A DNA stretch of 62,813 nucleotides from Candidatus Saccharimonadota bacterium (GCA_009787015.1 WRGU01000051.1:1-62813), one strand, 5' to 3'; numbered from the stretch's first letter, positions 53,602 to 61,523 are shown. The notes: generated by a model from the sequence alone, not told the origin. Made by a program: numbers and translations.

Positions 53602-54309
53602 ATGACGAAAATTTTATTAGTTGAAGATGATAGAAGTTTACGCGAAATATACGGCGTACGCTTGCTCGCGGAGGGTTACGACATCGTGTCGGCGAGCGAC
53701 GGTGAAACGGCGTTGGCGACAGCAATTCGCGAGAAACCAGATTTGATTATCAGCGACGTAATGATGCCGAAGATGTCGGGATTTGAAATGTTGGATTTGT
53801 TGCATGGCAATGAATCGACGAAAGATATCAAAGTTATTATGATGACGGCATTAAGTTCCGATCAGCAACGCGAACGTGGCGAAAGTTTAGGTGCGGATCG
53901 TTACTTAGTCAAATCGCAGGTCGGGATCGAGGATTTGGTCACCGCCACCCACGAAGTTTTAGGCGACAAGGAAGAAGCCAGCGCTGCACCGACGATGTTG
54001 GTGCAATTCCAATCGCCAATCAACCCGCCCGCCGCGGTCACACCGAGCAGCGTGGCAAACGTTGAAGCTCCCGCCATGCCCGCCGAACCGATGCAGGTAC
54101 AAACCGTAACCAATCCGAACATTGTTGCGCCAGTCCCGACCGCTCAACCAATCCAACCAGATTCCATGACGGTAGCGGTACAGGTCAACCCGCCGTCCGC
54201 ACCCGCACCACAATCCGCACCCGCACCCGACCCGAGACTCAACGTTGAAAGTTTGGCGGGTCAAGCCCCAGCCGTTAATCCGATTTTCCCGCAACAACCG
54301 ATGCAGTAG
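53602..54309 (+). CDS. Response regulator: receiver domain + about 110-aa Pro/Ala/Gln-rich disordered tail, no output domain
   Basis: LLVEDD, DLIISDVMMPKMSG, IMMTALS, DRYLVKS; tail ..PPAAVTPSSV..APAPQSAPAPDP.. Promoter: TTGAAT, 17 nt, TATAAT (53573..53578). Confidence 0.8.
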   Translation: MTKILLVEDDRSLREIYGVRLLAEGYDIVSASDGETALATAIREKPDLIISDVMMPKMSGFEMLDLLHGNESTKDIKVIMMTALSSDQQRERGESLGADRYLVKSQVGIEDLVTATHEVLGDKEEASAAPTMLVQFQSPINPPAAVTPSSVANVEAPAMPAEPMQVQTVTNPNIVAPVPTAQPIQPDSMTVAVQVNPPSAPAPQSAPAPDPRLNVESLAGQAPAVNPIFPQQPMQ

Positions 54310-54319
54310 CAACTAAATC

Positions 54320-54406
54320 TCGCTCCTTCTCACCGTTTCGTCCCGTCTCACTCCGGACGTAGAGGGGTTTAAAGAGGTCGGCGGAACGAAAACGGTTCGC
54401 GTCGCT
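54320..54406 (-). repeat. Family A element (long subtype)
   Basis: TCGCTCCTTCTCACCGTTTCGTCCCGTCTCACTCCGGACGTAGAGGGGTTTAAAGAGGTCGGCGGAACGAAAACGGTTCGCGTCGCT; 11 nt after the stop. Confidence 0.85.
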
Positions 54407-54450
54407 CCCGTACAGTATGTAAAACACATCAAATGTGCTAATATATTTTC

Positions 54451-55836
54451 ATGAAAACAATGGATGAAATAATTGCATTTTGCAAACGGCGCGGATTTAT
54501 TTATCAGGGTTCGGAAATTTACGGCGGGGAAGCCGGTCTGTATGATTTCGGACCGTATGGCGTGGAGCTGTTGAATAATATCAAGAAAGCTTGGTGGCGA
54601 TCGAATGTTCAACTAAAATCGAACTATGTTGGTTTAGATTCGGCGATGTTCAAGAATCCAAAAACTTGGGTGGCGAGCGGGCATGTCGGCGGGTTCGCCG
54701 ATCCACTGTCGGAATGCAAGAACTGCCATACGCGTATTCGCGTCGACAAGGAACTCGCGAAAATCAATGTCGCGGCGGACGAAAAAATGTCGGAAAAAGA
54801 ATTACAAGAAATTTTTGACGCCCATAAATCACAGATCAAGTGTCCGAGTTGCGGCGAGAAAACTTGGACCGAACCCAAAATGTTCAATTTGTTGGTTAAA
54901 TCGAACCTGGGCGATTTCACCGAACAAAACGACGCGCCGGTTTATTTGCCGGGCGAGGCGTGCCAGGGGATTTACCTGAATTACAAAAATATCGTTGATA
55001 CATGTCGGGTCAAAGTCCCATTCGGTGTGGCGCAAATCGGCAAAGCCTTTCGCAACGAAATCAGCCCGCGCAACTTTCTCTTTCGTTGTCGCGAATTTGA
55101 ACAGGCCGATACGCAATATTTCGTTCGTCCGCACGAAAACGAAGAGCCGTACCAGAAAATCAAGCAAGAACGCATGGATTGGTATGTGGGTCTCGGCGTC
55201 AATCCGGAAAATCTACGGTTCAAACAACACGAACATTTGGTTTTTTACGCCAACGACGCGTGGGATATCGAATATAATTTCCCATCGTATGGTTTCGACG
55301 AATTAGAAGGCATTCACGATCGCACTGATTACGATTTGACTCAACATATGAAATATTCCGGCACAGATTTGAATTACACCGATCCCGGCAGCGGCGAAAA
55401 ATACATTCCGTGGATTTTGGAAACTTCGGTTGGGCTGGGACGCATGTTTTTGACCTTTTTGTGCGATGCGTATACGGTCGAAAGAGCTGGCGACGGCGAA
55501 CGCGTGGTTTTAAAACTCGACCCGGAACTAGCGCCGATTAAAGCGGCAGTTTTTCCACTCCTCAAAAACAAACCGGAGTTGGTCGCAAAAGCCCGCGAAA
55601 TTTACGACATGCTGTCACAGAAAATGATGTGCGAATTCGACGACAACGGCAACATCGGCAAACGCTATCGCCGCCAGGACGAAATCGGCACGCCGTCGTG
55701 CGTCGTCGTGGATTTCGACACCCTCGACGAAACCTCGCCGAATTTCGGCACCGTCGCGGTGCGTAATCGCGACACGATGGAGCAGGTGAGGGTGAAAATC
55801 GACGAACTATCGGAAATACTTGACAGATTAGCATAA
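54451..55836 (+). CDS. glyQS: Glycyl-tRNA synthetase (alpha2 dimeric type)
   Basis: Class II motif 2 FRNEISPRNFLFRCREFEQ, motif 3 region, anticodon-binding C-terminus. Leaderless: TGC-TAATAT (54439..54444) + 6 nt. Confidence 0.9.
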   Translation: MKTMDEIIAFCKRRGFIYQGSEIYGGEAGLYDFGPYGVELLNNIKKAWWRSNVQLKSNYVGLDSAMFKNPKTWVASGHVGGFADPLSECKNCHTRIRVDKELAKINVAADEKMSEKELQEIFDAHKSQIKCPSCGEKTWTEPKMFNLLVKSNLGDFTEQNDAPVYLPGEACQGIYLNYKNIVDTCRVKVPFGVAQIGKAFRNEISPRNFLFRCREFEQADTQYFVRPHENEEPYQKIKQERMDWYVGLGVNPENLRFKQHEHLVFYANDAWDIEYNFPSYGFDELEGIHDRTDYDLTQHMKYSGTDLNYTDPGSGEKYIPWILETSVGLGRMFLTFLCDAYTVERAGDGERVVLKLDPELAPIKAAVFPLLKNKPELVAKAREIYDMLSQKMMCEFDDNGNIGKRYRRQDEIGTPSCVVVDFDTLDETSPNFGTVAVRNRDTMEQVRVKIDELSEILDRLA

Positions 55837-55854
55837 GTGTGATACACTGTTCTC

Positions 55855-55938
55855 GTGATCGGGTAAGGTCATGGGATTGTTTGCTGTTGGGAAAAATAGG
55901 CGCACACGAAACGCCAGCCTAAACGGCTTGCGTTTTTT
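55855..55938 (+). ncRNA. Candidate about 84-nt small RNA (module S, subtype 2, copy 2) with its own promoter and terminator
   Basis: TTGACA (55820..55825), 17 nt, TG-A-TACACT (55843..55848). Hairpin 55852..55875, tail ATTGTTTGCTGTTGGG, terminator stem 55910..55934 + T6. Confidence 0.55.
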
Positions 55939-55962
55939 CGCGAAATGTGCTATAATGTATGG

Positions 55963-56838
55963 ATGATAGAGCGAACACCCGTGAAAGAGGTTTATATCAG
56001 CAATGCGCCGTATGATTTTGGTACGATGCATGAGGGCGGTCGGTATGCGCCCGACGCGTTGCGCGAGGCGGGGTTGATTGAATCTTTATCTGAAAAGGGT
56101 GTTGAGGTTGTTGATGGCAAGGATCGGCGAATCAATTTTCAATCATCGGATTTCGGGGCGCATAGAAGCGCGCTTGTGGTTACGAATCAACTATATGCTC
56201 GCACTCTGGAAATCCATGAGAGCGGGAGGTTTCCGTTGACGATTGGCGGTGATCATTCGATTACTGTCGGTCCGGCGCTCGCGACGCAGCAATATTTTGG
56301 AAAAATCGGTCTCATTAGTATTGATCGTCACACTGATATGCAGAAAAACTACTTTTTTGCTAATTATTTGAATTGCGCCAACGTTATGAGAGTCTTAACA
56401 GACAAGAGCGAGCGTCCGGCAGGAATTATGAACCCAGATCTTGATCCGATTGATCCGAAAAACACCGCTGTTATTGGTGTTAATGAGATGACGGAGTACG
56501 TGCATTATGATGACGAACACATGGTTGTCACTACGTGGTGTGGAGGAATCGAAAAGGCGGTAGAAGAGGTAATCGCGTGCGCGAGTGACGGTACGAATGG
56601 GATTTACCTGACCGTTGATATTGACGCGTTGAGACCAGATCTCGCGCCGGGTGTGAATTATCCGGGTGGTCAGTTAGATATGGCGCAGATGAAATTTCTG
56701 ATTTCCGCGATTGCAAAAACCGGTCGTTTGTTGGGCGCGGATTTAGTGGAAGTTAATCCGGAAAAAGATGAGGATGGAATTACCGTCAAATCGGCAATCG
56801 AAATAATTGGCACTATATTAGAGAGCAGGGAATCATGA
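55963..56838 (+). CDS. Ureohydrolase-family enzyme (arginase/agmatinase-like)
   Basis: IGGDHSIT, IDRHTDM, TVDIDALRPDLAPG, ADLVEVNP metal-ligand motifs. Leaderless: TGTGC-TATAAT (55951..55956) + 6 nt. Confidence 0.75.
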   Translation: MIERTPVKEVYISNAPYDFGTMHEGGRYAPDALREAGLIESLSEKGVEVVDGKDRRINFQSSDFGAHRSALVVTNQLYARTLEIHESGRFPLTIGGDHSITVGPALATQQYFGKIGLISIDRHTDMQKNYFFANYLNCANVMRVLTDKSERPAGIMNPDLDPIDPKNTAVIGVNEMTEYVHYDDEHMVVTTWCGGIEKAVEEVIACASDGTNGIYLTVDIDALRPDLAPGVNYPGGQLDMAQMKFLISAIAKTGRLLGADLVEVNPEKDEDGITVKSAIEIIGTILESRES

Positions 56839-57770
56839 AAAAATATAATGAGTCAAGGTTGCCGCTCGCATTCGATAGTTTCGGCGTGTTGCCGACGCGC
56901 CGATGTCCGCGACGGTGCGGGCATTGCTATCGCGGGGATGCGGAACCGGTTGATTTACAGACCGCGGCGATCGACGCGCTGTTTGCAAAAAATAACATTC
57001 GTTGCATACGGTATTTATATTTTAGCGGTGGCGAACCGGCGTTAAACGGGGAGGGTGCATTGGCGTTTGCCCGAGCTTTGGGCGACAACAATGTTGAGGT
57101 TGACAGCGCGCGGATTTTTACCGCCTGCACGGTTTTTAGCGAACCGCTAGTGGAGGCTATGCAGACCCTGAAGCAATTAGATAGTAAACCAGAGGTCCAG
57201 TTGATGGTCAGCGACGATTTTCCGCGAGAAACTTATGAATCGTTAAACCAGGCGCATGATTATGGTGATCCGAGATTAATACCGCTGTTTTATGCGGATC
57301 GGAAATTGGGAAAAGTATACGATAGATACAGAGAAGCGTGTGCGCGGATAGGCACGAAACTGGAAATGTGGCGGGAGTTTGATAATATTTCTCGCGCACC
57401 GACTGTGATGGGACGGTATATTCAGCACACGCTCAATAATCCACCACCGTATTATCGCGATAAACCCGAATTACATGCTAAATTAGTGATGCAGATGGCG
57501 GAGAGTGAACACATATCGATTTTGGAGGCGCGCGATCGCAGATTAGAGGAAATAGATACGAGAATTACGAGGACAGGGGAAGGGATTTTTTCAAGGGTTG
57601 AGATGGTGTCGTCGACGCTCGATGCCACGGGGAATTGCCTCGGTCCGATCGGGGATTTCGGCGAGTGGGAATGGTATGACCAAATCGCCCTCGGTCACGT
57701 TGCGAAATCAAGTTTGGTTGAGATGGTGCGTCGGTATATGAAGCATCGGGGCGCGGAGAATGCGGAATAA
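56835..57770 (+). CDS. Small radical-SAM protein (unknown function), translationally coupled to the ureohydrolase
   Basis: CPRRCGHCY (CX3CX2C) at residues about 24-31, FSGGEPALNG; ATGA overlap with the upstream gene. Confidence 0.55.
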   Translation: MKKYNESRLPLAFDSFGVLPTRRCPRRCGHCYRGDAEPVDLQTAAIDALFAKNNIRCIRYLYFSGGEPALNGEGALAFARALGDNNVEVDSARIFTACTVFSEPLVEAMQTLKQLDSKPEVQLMVSDDFPRETYESLNQAHDYGDPRLIPLFYADRKLGKVYDRYREACARIGTKLEMWREFDNISRAPTVMGRYIQHTLNNPPPYYRDKPELHAKLVMQMAESEHISILEARDRRLEEIDTRITRTGEGIFSRVEMVSSTLDATGNCLGPIGDFGEWEWYDQIALGHVAKSSLVEMVRRYMKHRGAENAE

Positions 57771-57816
57771 ATCGCTTGCGCAAAATCGAAGTATCTGATA
57801 TAATTTTCTAGTCTTT

Positions 57817-57892
57817 CGGGGCGTGGCGCAGTTGGTAGCGCGCGCGGTTTGGGACCGCGAGGTCGTCCGTTCAAGTCGGATCGCCCCGACCA
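57817..57892 (+). tRNA. tRNA-Pro (anticodon TGG)
   Basis: CGGGGCG acceptor, anticodon stem CGCGG/CCGCG, loop TTTGGGA, encoded CCA. Confidence 0.85.
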
Positions 57893-57911
57893 AGATAACC
57901 CGAAAATACAC

Positions 57912-57988
57912 GCACTCGTAGCTCAGCTGGATAGAGCGTCGGCTTGCGGAGCCGAAGGTCGTACGTTCGAATCGTATCGAGTGTACCA
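57912..57988 (+). tRNA. tRNA-Arg (anticodon GCG)
   Basis: GCACTCG acceptor (G1-U72), TAGCTCAGCTGGATAGAGC D-arm, anticodon stem TCGGC/GCCGA with loop TTGCGGA, TTCGAAT T-loop, encoded CCA. Confidence 0.8.
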
Positions 57989-58000
57989 AAATAAGAAATT

Positions 58001-58022
58001 CACCCCTTTGGGTGGATTTTTT
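58001..58022 (+). terminator. Intrinsic terminator after the tRNA pair
   Basis: CACCC-CTTT-GGGTG followed by GA + TTTTTT. Confidence 0.6.
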
Positions 58023-58146
58023 ATTCTGATTGCATGCGACAAGATTCGAGTACGACAGGGATTTTGCGAAAGCAAGTTTGCTGGCTTTTTTGTTTGATTT
58101 CGGACTATTGCGCAAATGGTTAAATTGGGATATACTTGTTAGTAAT

Positions 58147-58431
58147 ATGGCATGGGGAAGAGGTAAGAATAAAAAACCAAAAACGATGGTTGAGGGAGAA
58201 CCGCAACCGATTATTCCAGAGAACGCAGTCGAGATGGGCGGGACAGCTGTCGGCATGTCAGCGGAGGATTTAGAATTTTTGTCGGGGAATAATCCCGGTG
58301 CGTTGCACAGAGAGATCAACGAAGCAAAGAATTTTACTGCATTAGAAAGTATTCGACAACGTGTTCTCAAGGGTGATGGTGACGGATCGCTACAACCGCT
58401 CCAATTGCCAGATTGGGCGCAAGTGAGTTAG
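58147..58431 (+). CDS. Hypothetical 94-aa protein
   Basis: TTGCGC, 17 nt, TATACT (58131..58136) upstream; starts MAWGRGKNKKPK. The track start at 58030 lies in the tRNA trailer. Confidence 0.4.
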   Translation: MAWGRGKNKKPKTMVEGEPQPIIPENAVEMGGTAVGMSAEDLEFLSGNNPGALHREINEAKNFTALESIRQRVLKGDGDGSLQPLQLPDWAQVS

Positions 58432-58468
58432 TAAAGCGTTAAACTTGTTCTTGTGTTAAAATATTCTC

Positions 58469-58936
58469 ATGATTATTTACTTTACTGACGGTTCGGCATC
58501 GCCGAATCCGGGTCCGGGGGGGTTTGCGGTGATTCGTGATGGGAAACCGCGCGTGATTGGTGGGGAGCCGGAGGGTTCGATGATGCCGCAAAACGCGACG
58601 ACGAATATTCGCATGGAGGGTCTCGCGATCATGGCGGCGTTAAATGATGCGGACGGGACGGTGTGTGAAATTCGTTCTGACTCAGAATTTTGGATCAACG
58701 TGCTCACAAAATGGGCGCCGGGTTGGGCGGCGAATGGTTGGAAAAAGAAATCAAAGGGTGAAATCCAAAATCTCGACATCGTGCGACCGTTGTTTGAATT
58801 ATATCAAAAATCGAACGCCAAATTGGTGTGGGTGCGTGGTCATGTTGGCACGGAGCTCAACGAACTCGCCGATGAATGGGCGAATAAGGCGCGAAAACTG
58901 AAATTGACTAATCCGAAGTTTGTGAAAAGTTCATGA
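58469..58936 (+). CDS. rnhA: Ribonuclease HI
   Basis: YFTDGSASPNPGPGGFAV, SDSEFWINVLTKW.., ELNELADEWA. Leaderless: TGT-TAAAAT (58457..58462) + 6 nt. Confidence 0.85.
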   Translation: MIIYFTDGSASPNPGPGGFAVIRDGKPRVIGGEPEGSMMPQNATTNIRMEGLAIMAALNDADGTVCEIRSDSEFWINVLTKWAPGWAANGWKKKSKGEIQNLDIVRPLFELYQKSNAKLVWVRGHVGTELNELADEWANKARKLKLTNPKFVKSS

Positions 58937-58955
58937 AAGTGCTAAAATATCCACT

Positions 58956-59006
58956 ATGAAACATGAAATTCTGCAATTTCATACACGCCCGCCGCTCGCG
59001 CGGTAG
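58956..59006 (+). CDS. Possible 16-aa leader peptide MKHEILQFHTRPPLAR upstream of proS
   Basis: TGC-TAAAAT (58943..58948) 7 nt before the ATG. CCG CCG Pro-Pro codons; short GC stem (58992..59003) overlapping the end of the sORF, then a T-rich run (59008..59020). Confidence 0.3.
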   Translation: MKHEILQFHTRPPLAR

Positions 59007-59054
59007 ATTTATTTTTTTATTTGGAATTCAGCAAAATTTAATCAGGAGGAAGTT

Positions 59055-60773
59055 ATGAGAAGAACGAAAATTTTTACAAAAACATCGAAAACCACGCCCA
59101 CTGACGAAGTGGCGAAAAATGCGCAGCTATTGATCCGCGCCGGATTCATACATAAGGAAATGGCGGGAGTTTACGCCTATTTGCCACTCGGGTTGCGGGT
59201 TTTGGAAAATATCAAGCGCATCGTGCGCGAGGAAATGAACGCGGTCGGCGGTCACGAAGTTATGATGACGGCGCTGCAACCGCGCGAATTATTTGAAAAA
59301 ACTAATCGTTGGGACGATGCGGTGGTGGACAATTGGTTCAAAACGAAACTCAAAAACGGCACGGAACTAGGTTTAGGATTGACGCACGAAGAACCGATCA
59401 CTAATGTGTTATTCGACAGCGTCGGTTCGTACCGCGATCTGCCGGTGATGATTTACCAGATTCAGAACAAATTCCGCAACGAAAAACGCGCCAAATCGGG
59501 TCTGTTGCGCGGGCGCGAATTTGTCATGAAAGACATGTATAGTTTTGCGCGTAGTCAAGCCGAACACGAAGAGGTTTACGAAAAAGTCGCAGCCGCCTAT
59601 ACGCGCGTTTACGAACGATTAGGTATCGGCGATATCACTTTCCGCACTAAGGCTGACGGCGGTTATTTCACCGAGCGTTACAGCGACGAATACCAAACAC
59701 TGTGCGATGTCGGCGAGGATACGCTGTATCATGTTCCCGATACGGATTTATGGTACAACGAAGAAATCGCACCCGCGCACGCGTTTCGAGTCGAGCAGCC
59801 GACCGAACAAAAACCGCTGGAAAATGTGAAAGGTGAGGGTGTGGTCGGTGTGGCGGAATTGGTGAAGTTCCTAAATGTGCCGATCGAATCGACCACCAAA
59901 ACCATGATTTACGAGGGCGAAAACGGCGAAATCATCGCCGCGGCGGTGCGGGGCGACCACGATGTCAACGAAACTAAATTACGCAAAGTTGTCGGTGCGA
60001 AAAAAATCAAATTAGCGGACGAAAACACGATTCGCCGTGCGACTGGCGCAGAAGTCGGTTATGCGGGATTACTCAATTTGCCGGACAGCGTGCGTGTGGT
60101 GGTCGATGAATCCTGTTCCGATTTGGTCAATTTCGAAACAGGGAACAATCGCACCGGCGAACACGCGGTCAACGTGAATTGGGAGCGCGATTTGCCGACT
60201 CCTGATCAATTTTACGATATCAAAACCGCACGCGCGGGCGATTTGCACACCGCGTCCGGCAAAGTTTACGAAGTGCATAAAGGCGTCGAAGTGGGGAATA
60301 TTTTCCCGCTCGAGAGCAAATATACGGACGGTTTGGGGCTGTATTATCTGGATCAGAACGGCGAACAGCAACACATCGTCATGGGTTGTTACGGCATTGG
60401 GATTTCGCGCCTCGTGGGGGCGCTCACGGAGGTTTTCGCCGACGATCGCGGTTTGGTTTGGCATGATAATGTCGCGCCGTTTCGAGTTTACTTGGCGCAA
60501 ATTGGCGACGACGAAAATGTGTGCCGCGAATGTGAAAAACTATATCAGGATTTGCAAAACCGTGGTGTTGAAGTATTGTGGGACGACCGTCCATCGGAAA
60601 TCGCGCGTCCGGGCGAGAAATTTGCCGACGCGGATTTGATGGGTATTCCACATCGCGTTGTAATTTCGACAAAGACCATAGAACAGGGGAAAATCGAGTA
60701 CAAACAGCGTACGAATAGTGCGGTGGAAATGTTGACGCCGGACGACCTTTTTGGTAAACTTGACGGGCGTTAA
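59055..60773 (+). CDS. proS: Prolyl-tRNA synthetase (bacterial type with editing insertion)
   Basis: Class II motifs (FRNEKRAKSGLLRGREFVMKD; GCYGIGISRL); 572 aa. SD AGGAGGA. Confidence 0.9.
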   Translation: MRRTKIFTKTSKTTPTDEVAKNAQLLIRAGFIHKEMAGVYAYLPLGLRVLENIKRIVREEMNAVGGHEVMMTALQPRELFEKTNRWDDAVVDNWFKTKLKNGTELGLGLTHEEPITNVLFDSVGSYRDLPVMIYQIQNKFRNEKRAKSGLLRGREFVMKDMYSFARSQAEHEEVYEKVAAAYTRVYERLGIGDITFRTKADGGYFTERYSDEYQTLCDVGEDTLYHVPDTDLWYNEEIAPAHAFRVEQPTEQKPLENVKGEGVVGVAELVKFLNVPIESTTKTMIYEGENGEIIAAAVRGDHDVNETKLRKVVGAKKIKLADENTIRRATGAEVGYAGLLNLPDSVRVVVDESCSDLVNFETGNNRTGEHAVNVNWERDLPTPDQFYDIKTARAGDLHTASGKVYEVHKGVEVGNIFPLESKYTDGLGLYYLDQNGEQQHIVMGCYGIGISRLVGALTEVFADDRGLVWHDNVAPFRVYLAQIGDDENVCRECEKLYQDLQNRGVEVLWDDRPSEIARPGEKFADADLMGIPHRVVISTKTIEQGKIEYKQRTNSAVEMLTPDDLFGKLDGR

Positions 60774-60798
60774 AAACTAATAAATCTAGGAGATCTAT

Positions 60799-61266
60799 AT
60801 GGCGAAAGGAAAAATTCATTTGACGCGCCATGGCAAGCGCGAGTTAGAAGAGGAGTTGGAGCAGTTGATTGCGACGCGTCCCGAAATGGCGCAACGCATT
60901 GCGACGGCGCGCGAATTTGGCGACCTCTCCGAAAATGCCGAATATTCGGCGGCGCGCGAACTCCAAAATCGCACCGAATCACGCATTCGTGAAATTCAAA
61001 CTATTTTAGAAAATTGCAGCATCATCAAAAGCACCAGCGACGGCAAAGTCGGGTTAGGCGATACCGTCATTGTCACCGATGGTGCCAAAAAACGCGAATT
61101 CAAAGTTGTCAGCGCCGTCGAAGCCGACCCGGGCAACGGCAAAATCAGCGATAAATCCCCCCTCGGCGAGCAATTAATCGGCAAAAAAGTCGGCGACCAA
61201 GTTTCCATCGCCGCCCCGCGTTCCAAAAAAGTCTATGAAATCGTCGAAATAAATCACGATTTGTAG
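60799..61266 (+). CDS. greA: Transcription elongation factor GreA
   Basis: RELEEELEQL.., AREFGDLSENAEYSAARE, C-terminal KISDKSPLGEQLIGKKVGD. Confidence 0.9.
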   Translation: MAKGKIHLTRHGKRELEEELEQLIATRPEMAQRIATAREFGDLSENAEYSAARELQNRTESRIREIQTILENCSIIKSTSDGKVGLGDTVIVTDGAKKREFKVVSAVEADPGNGKISDKSPLGEQLIGKKVGDQVSIAAPRSKKVYEIVEINHDL

Positions 61267-61277
61267 ATACAACAGCC

Positions 61278-61304
61278 GTCACTGCGAACGTAGTAAAGCA
61301 ATCT
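61278..61304. repeat. Family B unit
   Basis: GTCACTGCGAACGTAGTAAAGCAATCT, 12 nt after the greA stop. Confidence 0.65.
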
Positions 61305-61312
61305 CATACCTC

Positions 61313-61399
61313 CCGCTCCTTCTCACCGTTTCGTCCCGCCTCACTCCGGACGTAGAGGGATTAAAGAGGTCGGCGGAACGAAAACGGTTCGCGTCGCTA
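61313..61399 (-). repeat. Family A element (long subtype)
   Basis: CCGCTCCTTCTCACCGTTTCGTCCCGCCTCACTCCGGACGTAGAGGGATTAAAGAGGTCGGCGGAACGAAAACGGTTCGCGTCGCTA. Confidence 0.85.
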
Positions 61400-61423
61400 A
61401 CGTGGCAAGGGCAGGAGTGAGAC

Positions 61424-61465
61424 AAAAAAAGACAACACCAAACACATACGATATGGTGGTCGATT
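61424..61465 (-). ncRNA. Candidate about 42-nt small RNA (module S, subtype 1, copy 2)
   Basis: Minus strand: TTGACA (61500..61495), 17 nt, TGTGC-TATACT (61477..61472), then GTCTGCAATCGACCACCATATCGTATGTGTTTGGTGTTGTC + T7. About 85% identical to 27370..27440. No same-strand gene downstream. Confidence 0.45.
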
Positions 61466-61523
61466 GCAGACAGTATAGCACAAGCGTTTTAGTTTGTCAA
61501 TATGTAAATCTTATGCTATACTT

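Noticed and set aside
55871-55966. Peptide MGLFAVGKN.. within the candidate sRNA (and MGLLGVGF.. at 10941)
   Set aside because: The two copies share only the first about 7 codons and then diverge in sequence and length. The AAGG is only 2 nt from the ATG, so conservation fits an RNA element better.
57708-58370. 220-aa minus-strand ORF
   Set aside because: It runs antisense through two tRNA genes and a terminator, has no start signals, and its composition is driven by the tRNAs. It is spurious.
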